64,000 nucleotides of DNA from assembly GCA_965238005.1 (NCBI GenBank), contig OZ250165.1:960001-1024000 (forward strand). Reading direction: 5' to 3'. The position numbers and the translations under genes were made by a program. The notes beneath the pieces are model-generated. The model saw only the letters and a program-made list of their open reading frames with translations. It was not told where the DNA came from and did not search any database. How positions within the stretch are numbered: the stretch's first letter is position 1; each line of letters begins with the position of its first letter. Of this stretch, positions 42,314 through 51,645 are shown one piece after another. The DNA comes from Longimicrobiales bacterium (lineage in GTDB: Bacteria > Gemmatimonadota > Gemmatimonadetes > Longimicrobiales > Gaopeijiaceae).

Positions 42314-43494
42314 ACGGGCCAGACCGTCCGATTACCGTTGTTGATCTGTTTTCCGGTGCCGGGGGCATGTCCTACGGGTTCAAAGCGCATGGCGCGTTCG
42401 AGATGATCGGCGCTGCCGATGCGGAGATCGGAAAACCTACATCCGGCAACGGACGGCTACAGTGCAACACCACCTATCGGAACAACATCGGAATCGACCC
42501 CAAGCGCGTTGATCTCGCGGACGTTACTCCGACCGATGTGCGCGACGTGCTGGGAATCGGTACGCGCGCAGTCAACGTCTTGAGCGTGTGTCCGCCCTGC
42601 ACCGGGTTCACGCGAACCAACCCGCAGAATCATCTTCGGGACGATTGCCGCAACGGGCTCGTGTCCAGGGCCGCAGGCTTTGCCGTAGCCTTGGACGCGG
42701 ACATCGTAGTAATGGAGAACGCGCGCGAACTCTTACGCGGGAATTTCCTGCATCACTATCGCGCCTTCCGCGAGCGTCTGGAGGATAACGGCTACAGCGT
42801 GTTCGGGCGGAATTACATGCTGAACCGCTTCGGGCTTCCGCAAGTGCGCGAACGGGCCATCGTGATTGCCTCCAAGGAAGGATTGCCCCTCTACACGCTG
42901 GAGAGCATGTGGGACGGCTGGAGCGTGGAAGAAAGCGCCAAGACCGTTCGCAGGGCGCTCTCGGTCGCCTCGGGAGCGAAGGGAGCGGACCACCGTTACC
43001 CGGGGTTCGCGTCAGAAACCGTCAAACGGCGGATTGCCGCCATACCGCCTGACGGCGGCTCTTGGATGGACCTGTTGGAGCATCCTGATGCGGAGCAACT
43101 CTTGACCGGATCCATGAAGAGGATCGCGGAGGCCGGGAGATTCGGTTCGTACCCGGATGTCTACGGGCGGATGGCGTGGGACAAACCCGCCCCTACGATC
43201 AAACGGGAGTGCGCACATATCGGAAACGGCAGGTATGCTCACCCGGAACAGGACCGGCTTTGCACGGTCGCGGAAATGGCAGTTCTGAACGGCTTTCCTC
43301 ACCACTATCAGTTCAACGGGTCATCACTGGCGAACACGTATCGCCATATCGGGGACGCGGTACCCCCGCTGGTTTCCTATCAGCTCGCGCATCTCTGCCG
43401 GTGGATTCTGACGGGCGAACGACCCAGCATCCAAGAACTCGTCTTGGCTGACACAAGCTTGCGGTTGTCAGATCTCGTGCGCGACGCGGCATGA
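42310..43494 (+). CDS. DNA (cytosine-5)-methyltransferase
   Basis: DLFSGAGG, PPCTGF, MENA, PQVRER and IGDAVPP; ATGA overlap with vsr. Confidence 0.95.
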   Translation: MNGPDRPITVVDLFSGAGGMSYGFKAHGAFEMIGAADAEIGKPTSGNGRLQCNTTYRNNIGIDPKRVDLADVTPTDVRDVLGIGTRAVNVLSVCPPCTGFTRTNPQNHLRDDCRNGLVSRAAGFAVALDADIVVMENARELLRGNFLHHYRAFRERLEDNGYSVFGRNYMLNRFGLPQVRERAIVIASKEGLPLYTLESMWDGWSVEESAKTVRRALSVASGAKGADHRYPGFASETVKRRIAAIPPDGGSWMDLLEHPDAEQLLTGSMKRIAEAGRFGSYPDVYGRMAWDKPAPTIKRECAHIGNGRYAHPEQDRLCTVAEMAVLNGFPHHYQFNGSSLANTYRHIGDAVPPLVSYQLAHLCRWILTGERPSIQELVLADTSLRLSDLVRDAA

Positions 43495-44258
43495 CGACCC
43501 CACCGGACTCCACGGAGCAGAGATACCTCGACGAACTGCTTGCCGCGATGCGTGGCCCTTGCGAGACCACGTTCCCTACGTCCCCGGATGCCGAGACGCA
43601 GGCAGCCGAACTGGGGTTCCCGTCCGATCCCACCTTCGCTTCACCCTCGCCGTTCCTCAGCCCGCGATTCGAGAAGGAGTTCCGAACAACACTGCTCATT
43701 CACGATTACTTCCTGAGAGCGCCACTGGCGACGAACTCGTTTGAGGCGGCGTTCGTACGCGCAGCACATGCCGCAGGTCACGACATTCGGAAAGCGCCTG
43801 ACGGTCAGCGTTTTTGGGATGTCGAGATGGACGGGCTCCGAATCAGCCTGAAGTCCACCGCGGCAGCGAATCTTCGCGTCGGGTCACTGCACATTTCCAA
43901 GCTTTGCGAGGCAGCATGGATTCAGGACGCTCGCAGTGCGGCCCACCGAGAAGACAAGACCAAGCGCTTGTTCGAGGAGTATACCGCCGCAGTGGGTGCT
44001 ATCATTCAACTTCGGCTGTTCAAGAAGAAGGCCTTCTACGAAATGGTGAGGATCCCCACCTCTCTCTTGGCTCAAGTCGCGGATGTTCCTCGTTCCAAGT
44101 TCGCGCCGGAGGGCCCGTCCATTGGAATCCCGGTTGGCCAAGACCCGCCGGACTTCACGTTGAAACTCGATAGATCCGACGCGAAGGTCACGTTGGCGAA
44201 CATCGACAAGCGCGTGTGTTCGGTCGTAGGAACCTGGCAACTCGCCCGGAGGGCGTAA
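43491..44258 (+). CDS. Putative type II restriction endonuclease (PD-(D/E)xK-like)
   Basis: ATGA-coupled to the methylase; WDVEMDGLRISLKS core. Confidence 0.7.
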   Translation: MTTPPDSTEQRYLDELLAAMRGPCETTFPTSPDAETQAAELGFPSDPTFASPSPFLSPRFEKEFRTTLLIHDYFLRAPLATNSFEAAFVRAAHAAGHDIRKAPDGQRFWDVEMDGLRISLKSTAAANLRVGSLHISKLCEAAWIQDARSAAHREDKTKRLFEEYTAAVGAIIQLRLFKKKAFYEMVRIPTSLLAQVADVPRSKFAPEGPSIGIPVGQDPPDFTLKLDRSDAKVTLANIDKRVCSVVGTWQLARRA

Positions 44259-44368
44259 GCGCCGATAGACGGTCGGAAGACGGGCTTTCTTGGCCGCTGC
44301 CCAGGACTACGATTCGACCGTCGACGACGAGGGGACGGTGGCGGCCAGCGCGACTAGCAGCTAGCTAG

Positions 44369-45969
44369 GAGTCTGCGCCGCAGAAGCACAGCTGACTGAG
44401 CCGAATGGTCATCGAGCCGTCCGCGGCGAGGCGGATCCGGGTGATTGGGAGGTTGAGGACTTGTGTCTGCGACGGATCGGGAGAGCGGAATGGATGCGTT
44501 GGGGGGGCAAGAGAGCTACGAGAGCCCTCGCGCCGGCAGATGCGGGTGAACCCTCGTGCAGTCATGCCGCCTGAAGGGTGTGCAGCCGCTTCACATTGAG
44601 TGCCAGGCACACGAGGGTCCACTCGGCCCGGACCTTCTCGAGGCCCCGGAAGCTGAATCGTCGAAAGCCCATCACTTCCTTGATCCAGCCGATGGGCGCC
44701 TCGGCCTGCGACTTTCGCCGTGCGTAGCGTCTGCGGCCATCTTCGCTCGCCAGCTTCTCCGCCATGCGGACTTTCGCCGGATATTCCTCCTTGTCAACCG
44801 TGGGGGCGGCCTTGCCCTCCCGGGCCAGCGCCACATACCCGTCGATGTCTCGCTCTTCCAGTTCCTCGAGATCCCGCTCGTTGCAATAGCCCGTGTCCGC
44901 CAGCACCTGCGCCGGCGTCTCGCCGTACGCTTGCGCCACCGCGTCGACCATGGGCACCAGCTGGCCCTGGTCGCTCGCGTTGTCCGTCACCTCGGCCCCG
45001 ACCACCAGCTGGTTCTCCCCCTCCACGACCGTCTGTGCGTTGTAGCACTGCTGGAACCCCTCCGAACTCGTCTTCATGATCCGGCTCTCAGGGTCCGTGA
45101 AGTTGCTCTGCGCCGCCTCGTCCGGCTCTCCGTACTCCCGCTTGTAGGGCCTGCCGCCCTTCGGGTTGCGCGTCTGCCCCGGCTTGCGGCCCCGTGCGTC
45201 GTCCGCCGCTCTCTGCTCGGCTTCCAGGCGCGCCTTCGCCTCCCGGATCGCCGCCAGCCGGTCCTCGCGCCGCTTGAGCTCCTCCGGCACCTCGTCTCCG
45301 CATGCTTCCTCGCCGTAGCGCTCGTCTTCCGCTTCGTCCACCGCCTCGGCCCTCTCCAACAGCCCCCGGATCTCCGCCTCCAGCCGAGGCTCCCCGGTCA
45401 CCATCCGGCCGTAGCTCATCGCCTTGCGCTTGTTCGCGTTCGCCCGAACCTTCGTCCCGTCCACCGACACCCTGCCAAGCCCCGCCAGCCCCAAGGCCCG
45501 CGCGAGCATCACCACCTCCACAAACACCGCCCGGAAATCCCCGAGATGGCGCTTGCGGAACTCGCACAGCGTCCGGTGCTTCGGGAAGTTCTCCGCCGCC
45601 AGCATCCGAAACGCGACATCCTCCTCCAGCTTCCTCGCCATCTTCCGCGACGAGAAGGTGCCCGTCGCATACGCGTAGATCAGCACCTTGACCATCATCC
45701 GAGGGTCGTACGGCGAGTTGCGCCGCCCGTCCCCCCGGTACCGCCCGTAGAACGCGCTCAGCTCCACCGCGTCCACCAGGTCGCTCACATGGTGCGCCAA
45801 ATGACCCTCCGACACCCACTCCCGAAGATCCGGAGGCAGCAACAACATCTGCTCCGGATCGTACGGTCGAAATGTCGTTCCCATTCACCCCCCTCGGTGA
45901 TCCGCAAGCCTTCCCAATGCCTTCGCTACCACCAAAGATAGCCGCCGCAGGGTTCTGCGGCGCAGACTC
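44369..45969 (-). mobile_element. IS1182-family element (transposase 44562-45884)
   Basis: Perfect IRs GAGTCTGCGCCGCAGAA and TTCTGCGGCGCAGACTC; CTAG TSD; YDPRMM, SSRKM, VDGTK, TDPESRIMK and YNAQ. Confidence 0.95.
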
Positions 45970-46162
45970 CTAGCTAGCTGTCGCGCCCCAAGAGTGGGGA
46001 CTGCCCTGACCGGAGTGGGCTCGCGCATCTGGGACGGCCCTACACCCGTCCTTTCACGGCCTAGGAGGGCCAACGACATCCGTTTCGTTGCGGCGGAAAA
46101 AATGGGGGGTAACGCTCCACATCCAACTGCGTAAGGCATTTACAGTAAACCGTTTACAGCAC

Positions 46163-46531
46163 TCATGAAAGCTGCCAGAACGGCTCGCGGCTCTTGCCGA
46201 AGATCTGGTTGATCAGGGAGGCGACGCTGTAGGCGAGCGAATAGGTGTCGAGCAGCGGATCGTCGATCGGGTTCCACTGCCAGGACCCGCCCAGCCCGAT
46301 TTCCAGGTAGTCGTCCCCTCGCCCGGCCTTCTCGAGGATCCGGCGCACGCTGTGGCAGAAGTCGTAGTCACGCTCGTAGAGGAGGAGTGGCTCGGGCATG
46401 CAGTCCAGCACTTCGTGATGAAGGACCAGAAGCGGCTCGATGTCGTTCGGATCCAGAAACCGCACGACATAGGGGAACACCTCGCCCGTCTCCCGGATCG
46501 TGCCCGTGCCTGAGAGCCGGGAGCGCCTCAT
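46163..46531 (-). pseudogene. Chimeric remnant: GNAT-like N-terminus fused to an internal fragment resembling a type IV coupling protein
   Basis: DFCHSVRRILEKAGRGDDYLEI..WNP..LDTYSLAYSVASLINQIFGKSREPFWQ resembles the region after Walker A in TraD/VirD4-like proteins (recognised from memory). Confidence 0.5.
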
Positions 46532-46740
46532 CACGTCGGGCTCGACGTCCGCCAGAAATCTGGGATCGTTCCTGGCTATCTGCGGCACAACGTCTTCCGT
46601 CCTGGGGTGGGCCTGCTCCCTTGAACGGTGGGTCGCCCGGGCCGCGTGGCGCAAGGATGACCGTGAACCTTTTCACATCCGGACGTATTCGATTGGAGAG
46701 CAGGGCACGGGGCTCTGCCGCTCGACCGGGAAGAGCCTCG

Positions 46741-47253
46741 ATGCACCGAACCTTCGAAGAGCTTGCGAGTCAGGAGATCGACAGCCTCTACCACGGGGCC
46801 CTCTTTCTCAAAGCGGGCGAGGGACAGGCCGCCGAGGACCTTCTGCTGAGCACGTTGACGGGCGCCTTTCATGCGTTCCGCAAGGTGGAGCAGGGGACCG
46901 ACGTGGCCCGATGGCTGGAGGGCCGGATGGTGCACGCCTATCTGTCCGCCGTCTCCGAAGGCGACTCGGACGGCGCTTCGGTCGAGGACCTCGAGGTCCC
47001 CTCTCCCCCGCTCGTGCGAAGGGTGGAGGTGGATCCCTTCGCTCTCCACAAGGCGGCCCGGAGAATTCCCCCGCGTGCCCGTGCGGCGCTGTGGCTCGTG
47101 TTGCTTCGCAGATGGAAGTATTCCGAGGCCTCACGCGTCCTAGAGACGGATCTAAATGACTTGAAGGATCTCCTTGGGTACCGGCACCTGCTCCTGACCG
47201 CGGTCCTCCGCGGACCGGACCAGCGGAACGGTACCAACGCAGACGTGACGTAG
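46741..47253 (+). CDS. Divergent ECF sigma-like protein
   Basis: DSLYHGALFL..AEDLL..AF..RWL (region 2-like) and IPPRARAALWL..YSEAS (region 4-like); upstream of an anti-sigma. Confidence 0.65.
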   Translation: MHRTFEELASQEIDSLYHGALFLKAGEGQAAEDLLLSTLTGAFHAFRKVEQGTDVARWLEGRMVHAYLSAVSEGDSDGASVEDLEVPSPPLVRRVEVDPFALHKAARRIPPRARAALWLVLLRRWKYSEASRVLETDLNDLKDLLGYRHLLLTAVLRGPDQRNGTNADVT

Positions 47254-47265
47254 GGCGCAGGAAGC

Positions 47266-48051
47266 ATGAATTGCACGGAAGCTAGATATGCACTTTGGCC
47301 GCCCGAGCGGCCTCGGCTGGCAGGCACGGCCGTCCTGGAAGCACGGCTGCACGTGGAGACGTGCGAGGCTTGCCAGGGCTATTTCGAGCAGGACAGGCTC
47401 CTTCTCGACGTGTACGACCGGGTGAGTCGGCAACGGACCCCCCGGCGCGTTCGCGAGCGCGTCTTCGACTCGCTGGCCCGTGAGCGGGTCAGGGCTCTCG
47501 GTGTTCCGGAAAACGTCGACGCTGGGGTCCGGTCGCTCACCCGCAGGCGGTGGGCGCTCGCCGCTGTCTCGTCCATCGCGGCGCTCTTCCTCGTCGCGCT
47601 GGGAAGCTTCCTCGTGGAGCGCTCGGCTCCGCAGGAAGAGGCCGGGCTGTTCGTCGAGGACTACCTCCGGCGGGCCGTGGGCGAGGATCGCATCATCACC
47701 TCCGACGTGAACGAGATCGGCCGGTTTTTGACCCGCGAGCTAGGGCTCTCCATCATGCCCATGGAGGTGGAGGGCCTGAGGCTGGCCGGGGCGGAGATAT
47801 GTCTGTTGGATGGGCGCCGGGGAGCCATGATTCGCTACATCGAGGACGGCCGGGAGATCTCCCACTACCTGGTTCCCAAGTCGGGAGTGGTGCAGCGCGA
47901 GCCGGCCGTTTCCTCCCAGCTCAGGTCGGGCAATGCGGTGGGACCGTCGGTGATCACGTGGGCCACGCCGCAGGTCGAGCAGGCTCTGGTGGGTGAGGTC
48001 GCTCCCGCTCGCCTCATGGAGCTCGCCAGGAACTACGCTCTGGAGGGATAG
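47266..48051 (+). CDS. Zinc-binding (ZAS) transmembrane anti-sigma factor
   Basis: MNC..HVETCEAC (HxxxCxxC), a TM helix and a periplasmic domain. Confidence 0.85.
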   Translation: MNCTEARYALWPPERPRLAGTAVLEARLHVETCEACQGYFEQDRLLLDVYDRVSRQRTPRRVRERVFDSLARERVRALGVPENVDAGVRSLTRRRWALAAVSSIAALFLVALGSFLVERSAPQEEAGLFVEDYLRRAVGEDRIITSDVNEIGRFLTRELGLSIMPMEVEGLRLAGAEICLLDGRRGAMIRYIEDGREISHYLVPKSGVVQREPAVSSQLRSGNAVGPSVITWATPQVEQALVGEVAPARLMELARNYALEG

Positions 48052-48097
48052 GGTCCCGCGACGAGATCCGGCTCTGTGGCTAACGCGGCGCGACGCT

Positions 48098-49609
48098 TTA
48101 CTTCGGTCCGGCTTCGGCGGGAAGCCCTCCGGCGGCCAGCTCCTTCTCCACGGTCTCCTTGATCGGGTCGATGGTCGATCCGAACCCGTAAAAGCCGCGG
48201 ATGACCCGAAGATCACGATCCAACACAACTGTATACGGCAGACCGCGATAGTTATAACGGCTTCTCAGACGCCCACCGCCCTGGCCTTGGACGTAGCTTA
48301 CGCCCCCGATCTCCTCGACGAACGCCAGAGCGTCGTCGGGATCGATGTCCTCGTTCAGTCCGATGACGGTGGCTTGCTCGGGATCGAGCTCCCGGGCGAA
48401 GGCCTCCAGGAGGGGCATCTCCCGACGGCAAGGTCCGCACCAACTGGCCCAGAAGTTCACGACCACGACCTTCCCGCGGCGGGCCTCGAGGCGCGTCCGG
48501 CCCGGGTGACCCAGTCTGGGGAGGTCGAACTCCGGAAAGGCGGCCCGCTCCGGCTCGCCGGTCCGAGAGAGGGCGTCCTCGCGGCTGGCAGTGTAGATGC
48601 GGCCACGTCTGTCGGCGCAGACGGCATCGTCCTTGGAGATGGGTCCGGACCGGACGAACCGTCCGTCCTGGTCGAAGGCCAGGACGTTGTCGGGGGGGCC
48701 GCCCGGGGTCATGGCGGCCAGGACGTAGATCAACCCGTCGGGCCCGGTGACCAATCCGAACTGCAGCACCGAGAAGATCGGGGTCACGGATCCGTCGACG
48801 ACGCCCAGGGACGGCGGCGCGACGGTCTCGCCGGGCTGCCAGCGACTCACCCACGCGGTGTCGCCTCGGGTGTCAAACGCCACCAACTCGGGTCTCAGGG
48901 CCGAAGCGTAGACGACCGATCCGTCGCCGGCGGCCACTGCCCAGCCCGTGTTGACCAGCTGCCCGAGGAACGTATCCGGCGGCTCGGCCGGAGATCCGAC
49001 CGGTGTCATCTCGCCCGTGTCGCCGTCTCGGATCCAGAGCAGGGGGTCGCTCGAGCGGATGGGCGCCAGGTGGAACTCGTAGACGCTCCGGGCCGCCACC
49101 ATGGCACCCGCGCTTCCCCCGAATGCCGGGGCCTCTACACCGTAGGAGACCCACTCCAGGGGTCTGTCGTCGGCGAAGCGGAGTCCCAACCCGTCGGCCT
49201 CCACGGCGAGCAGCGACTCGCCGTCGATAGCGACGGAGACGGGGCTCGTGAGGTTGCGGTCGTCGGGAAGGACTCCCTGCGCGACCCGCGCGACCACCCC
49301 ACGGTCGTCGAAGACCAGGATCCGTGCGCCGTCGGCGTCGGGCCAGGCCGCTCCACCGTCCCGCAGAGGCGCGGCCGCTCGGCCGTCCATGAAGAGAAGC
49401 TGGAGGCCCTCGGCTGGGGGATCCTCGTAGATCAGGAGGCGCTCGGCGGGGTCCAGACTCTCGATAAGCGTCCAGCCAGCTTGCTCGGTGACGGACGGCC
49501 CCCGGTAGTCCGGCAACGGCTCCCCGGGGGGTGGCCCCCGATCCCCGCAGCCCGTGAGAGCTACGAGTAGGAGAGCGAGGCCGGAGCCGAAGCCCCGGCC
49601 TCGTCGCAT
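48098..49609 (-). CDS. Lipoprotein with beta-propeller and C-terminal TlpA/ResA thioredoxin-like domain
   Basis: Lipobox LTGC; VVVNFWASWCGPCRREMP and GLPYT. Confidence 0.85.
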   Translation of the reverse strand: MRRGRGFGSGLALLLVALTGCGDRGPPPGEPLPDYRGPSVTEQAGWTLIESLDPAERLLIYEDPPAEGLQLLFMDGRAAAPLRDGGAAWPDADGARILVFDDRGVVARVAQGVLPDDRNLTSPVSVAIDGESLLAVEADGLGLRFADDRPLEWVSYGVEAPAFGGSAGAMVAARSVYEFHLAPIRSSDPLLWIRDGDTGEMTPVGSPAEPPDTFLGQLVNTGWAVAAGDGSVVYASALRPELVAFDTRGDTAWVSRWQPGETVAPPSLGVVDGSVTPIFSVLQFGLVTGPDGLIYVLAAMTPGGPPDNVLAFDQDGRFVRSGPISKDDAVCADRRGRIYTASREDALSRTGEPERAAFPEFDLPRLGHPGRTRLEARRGKVVVVNFWASWCGPCRREMPLLEAFARELDPEQATVIGLNEDIDPDDALAFVEEIGGVSYVQGQGGGRLRSRYNYRGLPYTVVLDRDLRVIRGFYGFGSTIDPIKETVEKELAAGGLPAEAGPK

Positions 49610-49641
49610 CGATGCCTTTTGATGCATCGACCGCATTCTCA

Positions 49642-50025
49642 CTACCGCTGCATAGAGATGCTCTCGATGAGGATCGTGTTCAGGCCACCGCGCTCGATGA
49701 CCTTTCCGGTCACGTTCACCGTGTGCTCGGCGTGACCTCTCAGATCCTTGTCGCCCCGCTCCTGGCCCATGGCCATGGTGACCGGCACGTACAGGGTTCC
49801 GTCCTCGCCTTGGAGGGCCAGCGGAACGCCGTTGTCGAAGCACACTTGGGCGCACATCCGGTGGTCGTCGCCGGACAGGTTGTAGACGGACTTACAGGAA
49901 AGGTCGACCACGTTGGCCGTGAACGAGACCTCCCTACCCTCCGCTGCCTGCATCTGTGCAGATGCAGGCTGCGCGGCCAGCGCCACAAGCCCGATGGACA
50001 GCGTGGTCAGTGCTAACTTGAGCAT
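49642..50025 (-). CDS. Small exported Cys/His/Met protein, putative metal-binding
   Basis: Signal peptide; DLSC...HRMCAQVC..GVPLAL; GGAGG RBS. Confidence 0.7.
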   Translation of the reverse strand: MLKLALTTLSIGLVALAAQPASAQMQAAEGREVSFTANVVDLSCKSVYNLSGDDHRMCAQVCFDNGVPLALQGEDGTLYVPVTMAMGQERGDKDLRGHAEHTVNVTGKVIERGGLNTILIESISMQR

Positions 50026-50102
50026 GGTAACTTACCTCCACCTCACAAGGTGAAACGGTTATTTCCCGGACCTCATTCGGGCCCGGGATCCTCAGAAAAC
50101 GA

Positions 50103-50603
50103 CTACGGGTGACCGTGGTCCGTCCCGGTTCCGTCTCCGGTCATGGCGCCGCCGCCGTGCTCATGGACGCCCATCATGCCCGGCTCTACTTCGAATTCAA
50201 ACGAGGCCGCATCGGTTCCGTCACCCAGGTTCACATAGACCGCCCATTGGCCGTCCATGCTGATCTCGGCCCGGGCCGTGTAGTCCAGGGGACCCTCCGC
50301 CTCGGCCGGGTACCTGAGGATGCCCATGGCCGGCATCTCGAGGGACACGACGTCGATGGAAACGGGGGTGCCCTCGGGAACGGCGCGATCCAGGGTGATG
50401 TGGAACTCGGTCGTGCCCATCTCCACCGGGTAGCGGTCGGGGCGCACGGTCACCTCCGTACCTCCGGGCGCTGTGCTCACCCATTTTGCCGGGTCGGCGT
50501 TGGCCTCCATCTGCCCATCGTCGCCGAGCTTCGCTTCCACGTCGCCCGATATGCATCCCCAGACCGACAGGGCGAGCACAGCGACGGCCACTGAGTTCTT
50601 CAT
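50103..50603 (-). CDS. YtkA/FixH-like lipoprotein with His/Met-rich tail
   Basis: Lipobox VWGC; EMPAMG and ISMDGQW; tail MMGVHEHGGGAM..DHGHP. Confidence 0.7.
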   Translation of the reverse strand: MKNSVAVAVLALSVWGCISGDVEAKLGDDGQMEANADPAKWVSTAPGGTEVTVRPDRYPVEMGTTEFHITLDRAVPEGTPVSIDVVSLEMPAMGILRYPAEAEGPLDYTARAEISMDGQWAVYVNLGDGTDAASFEFEVEPGMMGVHEHGGGAMTGDGTGTDHGHP

Positions 50604-50807
50604 GGCTTATCCCCGTTGAGGCACACCTTCACAACGAATGACCGCCTTGCCCGGTTCCTTGGCGGATCCGTCGGTACGGGGGTCTGGCCTCTGGCGCTAT
50701 GCGGAATGGCGACAAGCTTGGCAACTCGGTCATCACATGGCGTGGGCTCGATACCGTCGGGAGCGCGGAAAAACTTCTCAGGGATCATACTGCCGGCGAA
50801 CAGCCCC

Positions 50808-51152
50808 GCCGAGACCGATTCGATGCGGTCAGCAATTTGCTCAAACAAAGCCGGGACCTGAGTGCAGTCATGCGTCCGGCGCGCGGTCAGATCTGATGCG
50901 ACGATCTCACCTGTATCAGCATCAACAGCGAGGTGCAGCTTGCGCCAAGCTCTGTTCCTGGGCGGTTTCTGCATATGCCCGACGTGAATCCTAAGTCCTC
51001 TGCTGTCGATGAGTAGGTGGATCGGTCGCTCGCTCGGTAGCCTGCGAAAGCCAGACGGTCAGCCCGCCACGACGCTGGAGGCCGGCCTCGTACTCAGACC
51101 AATTCCGTAACCGATACTGGGACTTCGCGTGCTTGTACTGGCTTCGCTTCTG
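50808..51152 (-). pseudogene. IS5-family (IS903-like) transposase fragments
   Basis: YRLRNWSEYEAGLQRRGGLTVWL and WRKLHLAVDADTGEIVASDLT..HD in different frames. Confidence 0.8.
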
Positions 51153-51400
51153 ATGCTGGGAGCGGCTCTGTTCACCGATTGGTCCATCCGCTTCGGCGGA
51201 CTCGCCATAGAGGGTGCAGTCCGAGATCCAGCGCGCATCGCGGCTCAGATCATAACGGGCATCGGGTTTCTCGGAGCGGGTACGATTATTCAGGCGCGTG
51301 GCACCGTTACCGGACTCACGACAGCGGCAACCCTGTGGGTCGTCGCGGGCATCGGCATGTCGGTAGGGAGTGGCTCCTACGTCGAAGTCGTGGGGAGCAA
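51150..51400 (+). pseudogene. mgtC: MgtC/SapB family internal fragment
   Basis: DPARIAAQIITGIGFLGAG and GLTTAATLW; both ends missing. Confidence 0.85.
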
Positions 51401-51645
51401 CGCTGGCTCCACTGATGTAAATCGTTGTGATATACAGCGTTATGTGAAACTCCTTCGGCTCCTTGGCGGAAGGGGTCTCTATGTTGGACCCTATGTTGAG
51501 CACGGGTCGCCAGGTCCGACAGGTGGCCTCCACCCGAACGTCGACGCGAGTGCATCAAGCGCTGATCTGGCGGCCCACCAAGGCCGAAATCGTCGCCCCA
51601 GGGGGCGGTCCCAGGGGGCGGTGATTGAAGGGGGTGGTGGGCGAG

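Larger units (their letters stand above)
36333..46160. mobile_element. Integrative mobilizable element downstream of tRNA-Val (right end approximate)
   Basis: Integrase, oriT, mob module and defence cargo; no rep or T4SS genes; attR not found. Confidence 0.7.

Noticed and set aside
45980..46165. attR duplicating the tRNA-Val 3' end
   Set aside because: No copy of the tRNA 3' sequence was found by eye; only a short ACATCCAA match to about 36487, which could be chance.
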